A stretch of 63,962 bases of DNA, filler included, from Octopus bimaculoides (GCF_001194135.2; 6 parts of 6 records of this genome joined end to end with filler, not necessarily neighbours in it); one strand, 5' to 3'. Shown: positions 38,061 to 51,681, numbered from the whole stretch's first letter. Made by a program: numbers and translations. Notes: generated by a model from the letters alone, not told the origin.

Positions 38061-39594
38061 GTATAAACTCCAGCCTTTATAGCTAATATTTTATATATTC
38101 AGAAGGATTCCATCGAATCTGAGAACAAGCCAGGTTGAAATGGACTGCAGTGAGGAGGGAACTGAGAAATTCCAGCACTGCACTGTGTATATTGGTGGGG
38201 GAGGGGATAAAAAAAGTGTAAAAGAGAATGAGTTATGAACAACTGCAGGACACACCAGTGGGAAATGCGATAGTCTGGATAAATGATGGTACTTGTTCTT
38301 TGAGAGTCAAGTGTGTTGGAAAAGTTACAATGTAGCAATGTTAATACAAAATATCATCATGATTTGTTAATACGATATCCTGTAGACAAGGCCATATTTC
38401 ATATATTCTCATCTAAAAGGAAATAGATTTGAGATGTCTTTGTTAATTAAATAAAATTGGTTGATGCTTGTTGATTAGAAAAGTGGTATTAGATGTAGTA
38501 ATTGCTCTATAATACAGCAGATGGTGATAGTGTGTTAATCAATTAGTAATTATTTTACAATTTGATAGTCAGAGATATATTGACAGAATGTAATGTTTGG
38601 GGGTCAAACATATATGCTATGATTGTGTGTGAATTTAACCACTGAGCAGCCGTTATTCTGAAGCACTGAATTTTGCAAACACAGCAGCGATTCACAGACT
38701 TCCATGATTATTGATGATACAAAGATCTAAAGTAAATAAATATAAAAGCAATATGTTTAAAATGTACGGGATTTTTGAGAAAGGAGGCATGGGGAGAGAT
38801 TGAAAGGAGGTTTGTATGGAATTAACATTGCAATCTCAGAAAATGCATATTTATATATTTCTTTTCCTCGCAGGATTCCCAAAATATGGAAATGGCAACG
38901 TAAATTTATTTTAATCATGCACATAGCACTTTTTATAGTTGTCGAATATTCTAAACATTCTTCACAGAAGCTGACAACGATATTTTTAATTACTGATCCT
39001 TGATAGAGAAATTTCTAGTTATTTAAACAAATAATTATGAAGTTTTCATGCAGTTCCGTTACATCTTGCACATTTTTATACAGTTTATCAAACTCTGTTT
39101 CACATAAACTGAACAAGACCAAACAAAACAAAAACAGATAACAACAAATATATTTTCAAAACATAAATTAATAAAAGAAAAGAAAAAGCCCAGAGAAAGA
39201 AGAAATCGCCAGCTCAGCAATAAACCTAATTCAAATTATTGATTCCTATCACCATTTCATTTTCTATATAGAGCAGGCACACATTCAAATGAATCCCTAA
39301 TCTATAGCCTACAAATGGTATCATTATACAAAGATATATATCACTCAATTTGAAATTCATTGTGTCTTTGATAAATGTGAAAATAAATAGCCCCATTTCA
39401 ATTTTAAAATGTTCACATATATACTACTACAGAGTGTATCAAGAGAATTATGACGAATTACAATTAAGTATAATTCTGTTAACTGCCTTTAGAGAGGATT
39501 ATAAATGATGTTTCTAAGGAAAGGGCTTCATATGATTGCAATCATACGTACAAAACCACTGTTCAACAGGAGATATATATGTTAATTACTATAT

Positions 39595-39770
39595 ATCATC
39601 ATCATCATCTTTTAATGTCCGTCTTCCATGCTGACATAGGTTGGTTGTTTTTTGACCAGAGCTGACAAGGTGAAGAGGGCACCAGGTTCCAGCCTGATTT
39701 CTACAGCTAGATGCCCTTTATAATGCCAACCACTTTACAGTGTGTGGTGGATGCTTTTGATGTGGCATCC
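39595..39770 (-). mobile_element. Family C, old copy
   Basis: (CAT)n tail then TTTAATGTCCGTCTTCCATGCTG...TTTCTACAGCTAGATGCC. Confidence 0.7.
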
Positions 39771-39771
39771 T

Positions 39772-39916
39772 TGTAGTAAGTAGCTTGCTTACCAACCACG
39801 TGGTTCCGGGTTCGGTCCCACTGCATGGCACCTTGGGCAAGTGTCTTCTTCTATAGCCTCAGGCCAACCAAAGCCTTCTGAGTGGATTTGTTAGCTGGAA
39901 ACTGAAAGAAGCCTGT

Positions 39917-39951
<35 letters not shown>

Positions 39952-40157
39952 TTGTGTGTTTGTGTCTCTGTGTTAGTCTCCCCACTGTCGCTTGACAACC
40001 GATGCTGGTGAGTTTGCAACCCCATAACTTAGCGGTTTGGCAAGAGACCAATAGAATAAGCACTATGCTTACATAGAATAAGTACTGGGGTCGATTTGCT
40101 CGACTAAAGGCGCTGTTCCAGCATGGCCACAGTCAAATGACTGGAAAAAAGAGAATA
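39772..40157 (+). mobile_element. SINE family B, near full length
   Basis: GTAAGTAGCTTGCTTACCAACCACGTGGTTCCGGGTTCGGTCCC...GCACCTTGGGCAAGT (CORE/MIR-like CCTTGGGCAAGT), internal TA/TG tract, 3' CCAGCATGGCCACAGTCAAATGACTG. Confidence 0.9.
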
Positions 40158-41688
40158 TAAATATACATACATATACATATATATGTATATACATATATAT
40201 ACATATGCATATACATATATATGTATATACATATANNNNNNNNNNTATATATATATACATATATATATATACACATATACATATATAGTTGAGGTGTGTT
40301 CTGTTATGAACATATAAGAGTTCAAATAGAGCTCGTTCACTCTTAGAATTCCCAAATAGCCAGTAGTATTCATTTTTGGGCCAATGAGTAGTTGATGAAT
40401 TTTAGCTAGTCTTTTGTGATACAGTTTAGTTTTTGATCATATAAACATTGCCAGTCATGGAATTGATTGTCTGGTAGAAAATTTTGTCATCTAGCATATT
40501 ACGTACATGTGAGTTATGAGAAATTGTAAGAAACCAAATGTAGGCCATTACACAAACAGATTGTTGATTCCTGTTCACTTCTATAGTCCTACAGAAGCAT
40601 GACTTGTGCATACAACAAATATACCATCTAATTTATACTAGAATTTACTAAAATAAAAGTCATCTATAAAACTTAATATCACTAATAACATGAAACATTT
40701 CTCTGTCTAGTATTAAGTAACACAAACTTATCTTCAGTAAGATTACTTACAACTTAATGAGCTTCATCATGGACATTATTACTGGTGTTATTTGGTGCAA
40801 CTTCCAAGTCAACTTTCCCTTATCATCTTTTCATCTAATTTCACTCACAATAAACTGAGCTTTCCCAAATGCATTTTATTTCAGAGATTGTGAAAATTCA
40901 GCTAGAGAGCTGATGGGCTTAAAATACCAACATTACATGAGAGCAATCACCACCACCATCACCACCACCACCACCACCACCAACAATAACAACAACAGAC
41001 AATGATGATGATGCCACCGTCAACATCACCAACACCAAAACTACCGCTGCCACTACCACTGCCACCACAACCACCAAATCTATCAAGGCATTTCGATTCT
41101 TTGACTAATGGAACTAGGAATTTTAGGAAAATAAAGCTTACAGAAAATCTGACAGAAGAACGAAAATGGATAGCAACAGGTCACCGTGCCAAACTGTATG
41201 TCTGATGTCAGTAAAGAAAATATATACACATTGAACAACCTTACCAAGGACCTTAGTATCATATACAGTATGCTGCCTAAATGGTTCTCAGATGCTACTT
41301 CATGTTCCATGCCCTTTTAGTTTCGTATGTAAATCCCAAGTTTGGATATGATATATGCACATCTTTTCTCTTGGACTGAAACAAATGATAACAGTGAAGA
41401 AGAAAAAGGGATGAAAGAAACTCCATGGTTTTACAACATAGAGAAAAATCTTTCCGAAGAACAGATTCTAGACAGAAACTCAGTTGCTTATGTTTTTATT
41501 GATTCTGAGTGATGGTATAATATTTTAATTAACCATAAACCTTATCTTTTCTCTGTTTGACTTACATAAAACAAGTCTTTAAGGCATCACAGCTTGTTCT
41601 ATTGCATTCTGCAAATGAAATTATTTTACACACTCACAGACATGTATATGTGTATAAATATATATCTCATTCAATCACTCACCTTCTC

Positions 41689-41724
<36 letters not shown>

Positions 41725-41892
41725 TATATATATATANNNNNNNNNNNNNNNNNNNNNNNNNNNNNNNNNNNNNNNNNNNNNNNNNNNNNNNNNNNNNNNN
41801 NNNNNNNNNNNNNNNNNNNNNNNNNNNNNNNNNNNNNNNNNNNNNNNNNNNNNNNNNNNNNNNNNNNNNNNNNNNNNNNNNNNNNNNNNNNN

Positions 41893-41923
<31 letters not shown>

Positions 41924-42779
41924 TATAAATACACACACACACACATATATATATAAACACACTCACAATTACACATACATACACAAAGTATGTATGAATA
42001 TGTGAAGTCTGATTTGTATGTGTGTGTGTATGTGTGTTTATAATCTTCCTTGCAGCCTAGCTTGATATGTTACACAAATTTAATAACATATCGATCAATA
42101 GTTTCTATTCTGAGAACAGCAATAAATTTTAGTATGATAGGATCAAATGAACAAGCAACAGAGCAACAAAGAATCACACCACAGCCACAGCCGACATTAC
42201 AACAACAACAACAACAACACGTATAACATTACCACCACCATCATCATCATCATCATCACCACTCCAACAGCAACAGCAGTACATCATGGAAAAACGTTTA
42301 GTGCGCTACCACAACTCCACAGACAATAATCTGGCTCAACCAAAGTTATCTGTTTTGTACTAAAGATGAACCTTGGTGCCAGACCAAAGTGTGGAGATGA
42401 GGAATTAGTGTCACCACTATAACTATATTTGTAGTGGTCACAAAGCAATTACTAGTTTAATTACATTGATGACTAATATGCTACTACTACATGTGTAGCG
42501 AAACAGTAATAATAATAATTATTATTATTACAATAATATCTACTACATCAGTTGGTCCAATGACTATTTAGTGAAGATGCAATAATATTAGGTTTTTAAT
42601 ATCAACAACCATTAAGTAATGGGCTGTTGTGGTGTATTATAGAGCAATAAACATGGATAGCCTAAGGGGCCTGCAAGATGTGTGTGTAGTGTAGAGAGCG
42701 ATAGTAGTAGTGTATTATAATAGCTTAACATGTGGTAGTATATGTAGCAATATATACACACACATATATATATATAGAT

Positions 42780-42827
<48 letters not shown>

Positions 42828-42829
42828 GG

Positions 42830-43180
42830 GCGACAAAGGGACTCTCACTCAGAGTAAAAGGCAGACTGTATGACGCATGCGTATGAACAGTCTGGTACAT
42901 GGAAGTGAAACATGGGCTGTAACTGCTGAGGACATACGTAAGCTCGCAAGGAATGAAGCCAGTATGCTCCGTTGGATGTGTAATGTCAATGTGAATACCC
43001 GTCAGAGTGTAAGTATCTTGAGAGAAAAGCTGAACATTAGAAGCATCAGTTGTGGCGTGCAAGAGAGACGATTGCGCTGGTATGGACATGTGGTGAGAAT
43101 GGATGAGGATAGCTGCGTGAAAAAGTGCCACACCCTAACAGTTGAGGGAACCCGTGGAAGAGGTAGGCCCAGGAAGACCT
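42830..43180 (+). mobile_element. RTE-clade LINE C-terminal fragment, cut by a linker
   Basis: ATKGLSLRVKGRLYDACV*, then a frameshift to VHGSETWAVTAEDIRKLARNEASMLRWMC...QERRLRWYGHVVRM...GTRGRGRPRKT. Confidence 0.92.
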
Positions 43181-43280
43181 NNNNNNNNNNNNNNNNNNNN
43201 NNNNNNNNNNNNNNNNNNNNNNNNTTAATTAATTAANNNNNNNNNNNNNNNNNNNNNNNNNNNNNNNNNNNNNNNNNNNN
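43181..43280. other. Artificial scaffold-join linker
   Basis: N44-TTAATTAATTAA-N44. Confidence 0.95.
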
Positions 43281-43379
43281 ATATATATATACATACATAT
43301 ACATATATATATATATATACATACATATACATATATATATATATATACATACGTATACATACATATATATATACATACG

Positions 43380-43414
<35 letters not shown>

Positions 43415-43517
43415 ACATACGTATACATACATATATATACATACATATATGTATATACATACGTATACATACATATATATACATACATATACATACATAT
43501 ATATACATACATATATG

Positions 43518-43549
<32 letters not shown>

Positions 43550-43600
43550 CATATATACATATACATATACACGTACACACAAACACGCACATACACACAC
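43281..43600. repeat. Compound TA/TACA microsatellite with a recurring ACATACGTATACATAC higher-order unit
   Basis: The CATACGTATAC motif recurs four times among (TA)n/(TACA)n. Confidence 0.85.
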
Positions 43601-44754
43601 ATACACACACATCATACACACTATACACATAAATACTCTCTCTCACACATACAGATAGAATGTGTGTGTGAGAGAGAGTGAGAAAGAGACAGAGTAAAAG
43701 AGAGAGAGGGGGGAGAGAAACTGTATTCGGTGGAGCGCCATATGATTCCCCCAGCCGCGCTCATCTCCATTCCTTTTCATACAGAATATCGAAATGTTTC
43801 TTAAAACCATATTTTGATCCATTTCTTTTCTATTAATGGTTTTATTGTACCAAAGCCGTTGTTAGGAATTTATCTCTCTCTGATTCCAATCAGAAATGTC
43901 AATCTGCGTGGCAGGGGCGTTCAGCTTCTCAGCAAATTTTCTCCTAAGCAATTTTTGCATGTTGTTCAGGCAAAGCGACCGCTCTGGAGACTATTCATTC
44001 TCTGCATTTATTTTCTTCAACCGAAAGGGCTGAATACTCCGGTGAAGCATTATTATTAATATTATTTGCGATGTGGCTCAAGGAGGAATAAAAATAGAAA
44101 TAAAGATAAAACAAGAAAGCGTTCAGCATACTAAATACAAATATGATAGAGTCTCTTCTACATCAGATGTAATATACTGAGTTGTAAAACGTCGGTCAAC
44201 TGAGATTAGTCAAACAATAATTCGATAAAAAAAAAATGACGCTCTCACGAGTAGTGTTGAACGTCTGAAAACAATAAGCAACAGAGGAATGTTATTGAGA
44301 ACGATTGATCGATTTATTTGGATAATATAGACATACAGTTTGGCATGAATTTAGTCCTTGTCTTTAAAGGCAACTAACGAAAGCGTGCAACATGTTTCAC
44401 TTTGATTAGACCTCCTCAGCGATGTATATAGAAACAGAAAACTTCAATTTAGTTGTAACTGTTCTAAGCAAAAGAATGAATGATGAAATGAATAGTGGGT
44501 CTGTTGAGTGAGACTCAGCAGCAACGATACCCCATGGATTACCCATAGCTTATTTGTTGAGTGTAAACTAGAAGCACTGAACAAATCACAACGGAATAGA
44601 GTGCGTTGGTTAACAAGTTATTGTTGAAGGAATTGTTTAGCCTCATATTGACCCTGATAAAGAAGACTTATCGCCAAAGACTCTTCAGTCGTGACCAACA
44701 CTTCGTTTTTTATATACAGGTGTTCTTCCCTTTACAGATTGATCTTGAAGAATT

Positions 44755-45098
44755 TTAGTCGAACGACTTGACTTCAGTACTTACTATTATTTTTCTTAAA
44801 ACCTGGTAGTTATTCTGACGAGATCTTTTGCTGAACTGCTACGTACAGAGATGCAAACACTCCAACACCGCTTGGCAAGCAGTTGTGGGGCACAAGCACA
44901 AGGACACCCAGCCACACACACGAACATACACACACACACGACAGGCTTCTCTCCGTTTTCGTCTACCAAATCTACTCACAAGGCTTTGGCCGGCCCGGAG
45001 CTATAGTAGAAGATACTTGCCCAAAGTGCCAGCAGTGGGACTGAACCCAGAACCATGTGGCTGGGATGGCGATCTTCTTACCACACAGCCACGCTTGC
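44755..45098 (-). mobile_element. SINE family B
   Basis: Reverse complement CGTGGCTGTGTGGTAAGAAG...GGGTTCAGTCCCACTGCTGGCACTTTGGGCAAGT. Confidence 0.85.
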
Positions 45099-45189
45099 GT
45101 TTATATGTTAAATATTTGTGGAAAATCACTTTTTCTGTGACACCAGGCTCGGTGCAGTCGTCAATAATGGGTCTCCGTGTCATCGCTTG

Positions 45190-45227
<38 letters not shown>

Positions 45228-45552
45228 ACTCTATATTGTTGTTGATGTTGGTGTTGTGCAGTTATTCAATGACGGGGGATGGAGTCTGTTTCCGCTTTTA
45301 CATTAGAAATAAAATTATCATAAATTAGGTAATATAAAATCACATCTGGATATTACAGAAAAATAAATGAATAAGTTGTTGATAAGAATCAACTGAGGCA
45401 TGTGTGATAGTTTCAATGGGAAGTGGCCTCTAACACAACCCCCAGTCAGACCCCTGGATGCATTTAATGGGGGGGGGGGCAGGAAAACTTTGTAAATATC
45501 CAGATTAAATTTGCAACCAGTTGAGAATTTTAGTTCGAGCCTACGACATAGT

Positions 45553-45705
45553 TCATAGGCTGCTAGAAATAGCAGTCAAATTTTCCTGATTGTATGATAC
45601 AGTCTTGGATTCCCTACACACAGGAAAAGAACGAGATCGTCACGAGTAGAACGCCTTTGATCAGAGTTCTGTTCACTTGGAACTGACCAGGGGTTAAACA
45701 AAAGG
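45553..45705 (+). repeat. Interspersed repeat family H
   Basis: CTGCTAGAAATAGCAG...GTCACG...GCCTTTGATCA...GGGGTTAAACAA, similar to 56490 and 57225. Confidence 0.55.
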
Positions 45706-46487
45706 CTATAACAAACCTCGAAAGGGTCATGGGAGCAGCCCATTCTCGTTTATGAATTCATATAAAACAAAAATATAAAATGTAAAAATAAATTTAAAAA
45801 CACGCTATTTCACTCAGATTAGATTTAAATTAAGTTTAAATTTACTCTCAGGATTTTAAATTAAAATTATTAAAAATGAATTTACTCCTAATTTTTATGA
45901 AGTTATTAATGTTTTAAAATATTTAAGCAGTGAAAATAGTAGAGTGTTGCTTAACACCTTGAAAACATTTCATACACACTTGGGAAAACATTTCATACAC
46001 GCTTGGGAAAGGCATGAAAATCTCAACATCTCCAGTTTCACGTAATTACATATATAAAACATTATATAATGTAGTGTCAAACCGAAAAAAAAGGCACATA
46101 ATACACGATTGATAATGCTATTAAAGTTTTGAATATTATTAGCTAGTTTAATCGTCGTCATAGAGCAATATATTGCTTGCAATAATGTTTCTAGTAAGAC
46201 AATTAATATTTGCTGATCATCGATTTCATATACGCAGCAACGAAATCAATGATCAGATGTCTAGAATTAAATAAACAATAAATATACAGAATGGAATGGC
46301 TATGACACCCCCAGATTAACAGAAGCAAAAATTCTACAGACTACTGTCGGCGGCGGCACCGTAAAATAAAATCATGCGCTGCTACTGCTGCTGCTTGTAC
46401 CTAATCGATAAGTTTTTAAATCTACTAAATAAGTTTATTGTTGTCGATGTTACTATTCCTGTTATGGTTGCTGTTGTTGTTGTTATT

Positions 46488-46688
46488 CGGCGTGCTAACA
46501 ATTCTGTAAGTTCGCCGGACAAAATGCTTAGCGGCATTTCGTCTGTCCGTTCAAATGTCACCCCTGGTCAACTTTGCCTTTCATGCTTTCGAGGTCGATA
46601 AATTAAGTACCAGTTGTGCACTGGGGGCCTATGTATTCGACTTATCCCCTCGTCCCGAATTGCTGGCATTATGCCAAAATTTGAAACC
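46488..46688 (+). mobile_element. SINE family A with an inverted 20-bp head segment
   Basis: The body from 46513 matches A in plus orientation. 46493-46512 is the reverse complement of the head loop. Confidence 0.8.
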
Positions 46689-46714
46689 ATGGTTGTTGTT
46701 ATTTGTTGTTGTTA

Positions 46715-46915
46715 GGTGGCCAGCAGGCGGGATCGGTAGAGCGTCAGAAAACAAAAGCTCTGTGACAAGCATTGCGGTTTTTTGCGATCTGAGTTCAAAT
46801 CCCGCTGAGGTCAGGTTTACCTTTCATCATTTCGGAGTTGATAAAGTAAAGAGGCCGATGGAAGCAACTAACTTCCTCCCTCTAAAATTACTTGCCTCTT
46901 GCCAAAATATGAAAC
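46715..46915 (+). mobile_element. SINE family A, old copy
   Basis: GAGTTCAAATCCCGCTGAGGTCAGG...CTTTCATCATTTCGGAGTTGATAAA...TGCCAAAATATGAAAC. Confidence 0.7.
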
Positions 46916-47342
46916 AGTTATTATGGGTGTTTAGTATCGTCTCACATCTGAACGAGGAGACCTTTACCTAATGACATTCCAGCTGTGACCATCCCGTTTT
47001 TTCAAACATATATAACTACACCATTTAATCTCTCCAATTTTAAAAGACAGCAAGGAAGTTGATTCGAGGGAGATGAGGCTGATATATCGAGTAAGCTACA
47101 GAGCTTACTCGATATATCATGACCCTCACTATTCATTGGATTGTCTTCCTTAGAGTGTGGCAGAAGATTTTCTGAAAGGCGGGACAAACTGAATACGAAT
47201 GGATTATAAAACGCAACAAAAATCTTTTCGTAGTTTTCTTATCTAATGACAGTTAGAGTATAAATTACTGCTTTATATAACACATTATTACTCATAACAA
47301 CATACAGAAATAGCCACAACACTATACATATGTGTGTGTATG

Positions 47343-47429
<87 letters not shown>

Positions 47430-47980
47430 TTATGTATACACATATACATATCTGATCTGTGAATATATATGTTTATATATATACATACATCGTTGCTATT
47501 ATGTTAAACTGTCAAATGTCCAAATTTGGTCAAATGCGTTTTATCAATATCTATTTTTGCTTGCAACAGCCGGCTCTTTTGGTCAAACTATCGTATCTCC
47601 CGCTGCTTCGGATGCCAAGATATGAAAATTGTCAAAGTGTAGGACAACGGTTTTGCTGTGGAATGTTGAAACTATTTTCTCGTTTTCTTAAAAAGCAATG
47701 TTCTGGACTTAAGACACTTTTGCATAATAGCAACGATATATATAAATAGTTTGGAAGAAGAAGTTACTCAATCGTGTTTGTCTTTCGTATGACAATTTGC
47801 TCTTGAAATTTGTAGCATGTTTAATTGTAGGAGATTTAAACAGACTCAGAATTTATATATGTAGTGAATGACATGCAACCTGAATTCTCAATCGTTGAAT
47901 TTTTAGTATTCATCTGTGTGTGTGTGTGTATGTGTGTGTATGTGTGTGTGTGTGTGTGTAATACCTTTGCATACGTAAAC

Positions 47981-48040
<60 letters not shown>

Positions 48041-48535
48041 NNNNNNNNNNNNNNNNNNNNNNNNNNNNNNNNNNNNNNNNNNNNNNNNNNNNNNNNNNNN
48101 NNNNNNNNNNNNNNNNNNNNNNNNNNNNNNNNNNNNNNNNNNNNNNNNNNNNNNNNNNNNNNNNNNNNNNNNNNNNNNNNNNNNNNNNNNNNNNNNNNNN
48201 NNNNNNNNNNNNNNNNNNNNNNNNNNNNNNNNNNNNNNNNNNNNNNNNNNNNNNNNNNNNNNNNNNNNNNNNNNNNNNNNNNNNNNNNNNNNNNNNNNNN
48301 NNNNNNNNNNNNNNNNNNNNNNNNNNNNNNNNNNNNNNNNNNNNNNNNNNNNNNNNNNNNNNNNNNNNNNNNNNNNNNNNNNNNNNNNNNNNNNNNNNNN
48401 NNNNNNNNNNNNNNNNNNNNNNNNNNNNNNNNNNNNNNNNNNNNNNNNNNNNNNNNNNNNNNNNNNNNNNNNNNNNNNNNNNNNNNNNNNNNNNNNNNNN
48501 NNNNNNNNNNNNNNNNNNNNNNNNNNNNNNNNNNN

Positions 48536-48579
<44 letters not shown>

Positions 48580-48718
48580 AATATATATATATATATGTAC
48601 ACACAAACGAAATACGTGCTGCATGGGTCTTTCTAAGGACATCAAATGTGACGTTATTTTAAATATTATTCCATTCATCACCATGACAACCATCATTAAT
48701 TCTGAAACATTAATTTCT

Positions 48719-48719
<1 letters not shown>

Positions 48720-48763
<44 letters not shown>
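48720..48763. repeat. Poly(T)44
   Basis: Seen directly. Confidence 0.95.
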
Positions 48764-48766
<3 letters not shown>

Positions 48767-49395
48767 GCAAGATTCTAACATTTCAAGTTTTCTCCGAGCA
48801 TTCTTTATGACACAAGATTTCGATTACAAAAAAGTGTTTGTTTCTGGTTGTTGCTTCTGTCTATTCGGAACCCCCGTTACAATCCATACCAACTATTCCG
48901 TCGCTGCCATCGTCGTTATTAGCTTCGTTATCGTAATCATCATGATCATCAACATCATCATAAGGATTATCGTCATTATCATTAACCTCATCATTTAATC
49001 ATCGATTTCTTCTTGCACGTCAAAGTTTGATTGATCTCACTCTTTGAATGTGGTGCAGTTTACTTACATCTTCATTCAAGCGTTTCATTCACAACTTCAA
49101 TCATTCGTGTTGATTTATTCACTCAACTTCGTCTGTCACAATCTCAACACCATTAAAATGTTGGCATTAAACTTGTGCATGATGATCCTTTTTTTTTTTC
49201 TTTTCCTAGCATCTTACATCGTTGATTCCTCAAAATATCAAGATTCTTGAGCTAATTCAAGACATTGTGCCCGGTATTGCATTCTCTCCAGAACCCTTTT
49301 TAGACTTCTCTTGCTTTTCAGGTTTCCACTAATCACCATGAAACCGTTTTACTCCAGTAGCAACTCTTCAACGTTGATATTATCGTTTGATTAAA

Positions 49396-49580
49396 GGCGG
49401 CGAGCTGGCAGAATCGATAGCACTCCGGAGAAAACGTTTTGAGTTCAAATTCTGCCAAGGTCGATTTTGTCTTTCATCTTTTCGGGGTCGATAAAATAAG
49501 TACCAGTTAAGCACTGGGTTCGATGTAATCGACTTGACCCCTCCCCCGAAATTGCTGGCCTTGTGCCAAGATTTGAAACC
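49396..49580 (+). mobile_element. SINE family A with internal deletion
   Basis: GGCGGCGAGCTGGCAGAATCG...GAGTTCAAATTCTGCC...GCCTTGTGCCAAGATTTGAAACC. Confidence 0.9.
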
Positions 49581-50171
49581 TATACTGTTTGATCTTGTGA
49601 ATGGATTGCGATGCACTATTTAGAAACAGAAACAAGATTTTAATTTCAGGATAAAAATCCCATGATGCTTACAAGGAACAGAAGAATTATTTATAGCTAA
49701 CGATGCCATAAATGGTAAATTGCTTCCAGCACATTCTATAACTGCAAGAGCAAAATTATTTCTGAACTTTCAACATATCTCCAGTAAAACTAAGATTTTC
49801 CTTGTTTTCCAAATTCCCTTGTAACATTCCTTTAAGCTTCCCTTTTAAATCTCGAGGATTTTCAAAGTGATAAACTAAAATGGTTTCCAGGGTATATTTC
49901 CATTCTCAAGTAGTTCCAGGTTGGTTGTCTTTAGACGGCTTTATTTCCCAACGGCGGGAATATGGGGGGGGGGGGATTTCTCATCAAATGATATTGCTTT
50001 AAGCGTCTTCTTTCAGAATAAACCGACCTCATCCACAATTAAAAATGTCTACTCTGCAATACGATTCACTTCTTCAATGACGTCAGCAAAAATTTAAATA
50101 AATTATATTACGACTCCCAAAATAACTGAATCATATTTAACCGTTAACTAATTTTCTATAAATATTTCTAA

Positions 50172-50600
50172 TTTTCGGGGAAAGGAAGTTTGTTGATTAT
50201 ATGGAACCCACTATTTTAATGGTGGTTTATTTTATCACCCTCCTCTAATGAAAGATAAAGTTGACCTCGGCGGAATTTGAACTGAGAACTAAATATTGCG
50301 ACCAGAAAGAACAAATGTCGCAACGCATTTTCAGGACACTCTAATGATTTTGCCATTCCATTGTCCCAAAGATTCTACCACTCCATTGTCCTTCCACTGT
50401 GCTAATGATCCTGCACTTATAATTATTTTTGATTAGGCACAAGGTATGGGGGTAAATCAACTAGATGATCAAGCTTAGTATTTGACTGCTATCTTATTTT
50501 ATCAACTCCGAAAGGATGAAAAGCAAATAAAGCTTCGGCGGGATTTGAACTCAGAACTAAAATATTTGCAATTAAATACTCGCAAATAGAGCAGTTTCTG
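50172..50600 (-). mobile_element. Two tandem old family A-related SINE copies (about 50172-50360 and 50433-50600)
   Basis: Both carry the reverse complement of the B box (GGAATTTGAACT / GGATTTGAACTC) and the GATGAAA(G)..AAAG..CTCGGCGG segment. Confidence 0.65.
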
Positions 50601-51524
50601 AGCATGTTGTACCTTCATTTTAACCCCAATTTCTCCGACATATTTCTCTCTGAAAAGGGATATGTTCTGCCGGTCCGTCAATTTCAAATGCCAAGCACAA
50701 CGCGCTGTGTCAAAATGGCCCCCCTAACTACTCAATCAAGAGTTGTGGCCCCAAGACAAAGTAAGACAATGTTACCCTTTTTTGCTTACTTGCCATGAGT
50801 CCCATTTCTTTCCAATACCTAATTTTATTTTCCAATTTTGCTTCTGTACAGAACTGAAAGACAAGAATATCGGTGAAACCGAAAAACCGATCCCTGTCGT
50901 TTGCTGAATCTTGCCGTTAGAAGTAAATATGAACGGCTCACTGGAAACCTATAGCTAAAGACTCTATTGTTTAAATTTTCCCATATGCAATGCAAAAGCG
51001 AAATAAAAATATTTATGGATATCGTATCCATTAAATCGGGAGTGTTGTTCGCCTTCATTCTCTGGGCATTTCTCTTTACAAATCCACATCGTGAATCAAT
51101 GAGAATTTTCAATTATATTCTACAAAGAACAACAGAAGAGTCCAGTTAATGCTTAATAATGACAAAACACGGAATAATGACCATTCTACATGAATACATC
51201 CTAGCTTAAATCATATCCCCACCACGATCATTACCCGAACTTTGTCTCACATTTTCAGCATCGATTGCTGCAATATAATAAAACACACTAAAAGAGAATT
51301 TACTTTACAGTAAGACAAAAGGAACGTCTGCAATATTCAATAAACATAACGCATATCTCACTGCAAATAAGTGCAACGCTAATACATTTTCAGAAATTGC
51401 TCTTTCTCTGCATCACCGCTTTGAAGAAGATCAGCACTAGAAGCTAATGAAAAGCTGGTTAATTATACGGAACAATCAATGCTTATCGCCATAAAATTGT
51501 ATGTGTGTGCATGTGTATATATTC

Positions 51525-51559
<35 letters not shown>

Positions 51560-51639
51560 CATACATATATTTCTGTACATATACGTGTGGCAGATTAAAT
51601 GCATATATAATATTAATATATATGTATACCTCTCTCTCT

Positions 51640-51681
<42 letters not shown>

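Noticed and set aside
44383-44425. Third hammerhead-like motif (CTGAGGA...GAAAC-AT-GTT, minus strand)
   Set aside because: Stems I and II do not pair, so only the core words are present.
45961-46006. 23-bp tandem duplication (similar small ones at about 2890-2945 and 62804-62830)
   Set aside because: Ordinary slippage duplications with no further structure.
48720-48900. Poly(T)44 as a retrocopy poly(A) tail
   Set aside because: No nearby AATAAA, TSD or ORF on the minus strand. It could equally be a plain homopolymer or a polypyrimidine tract.
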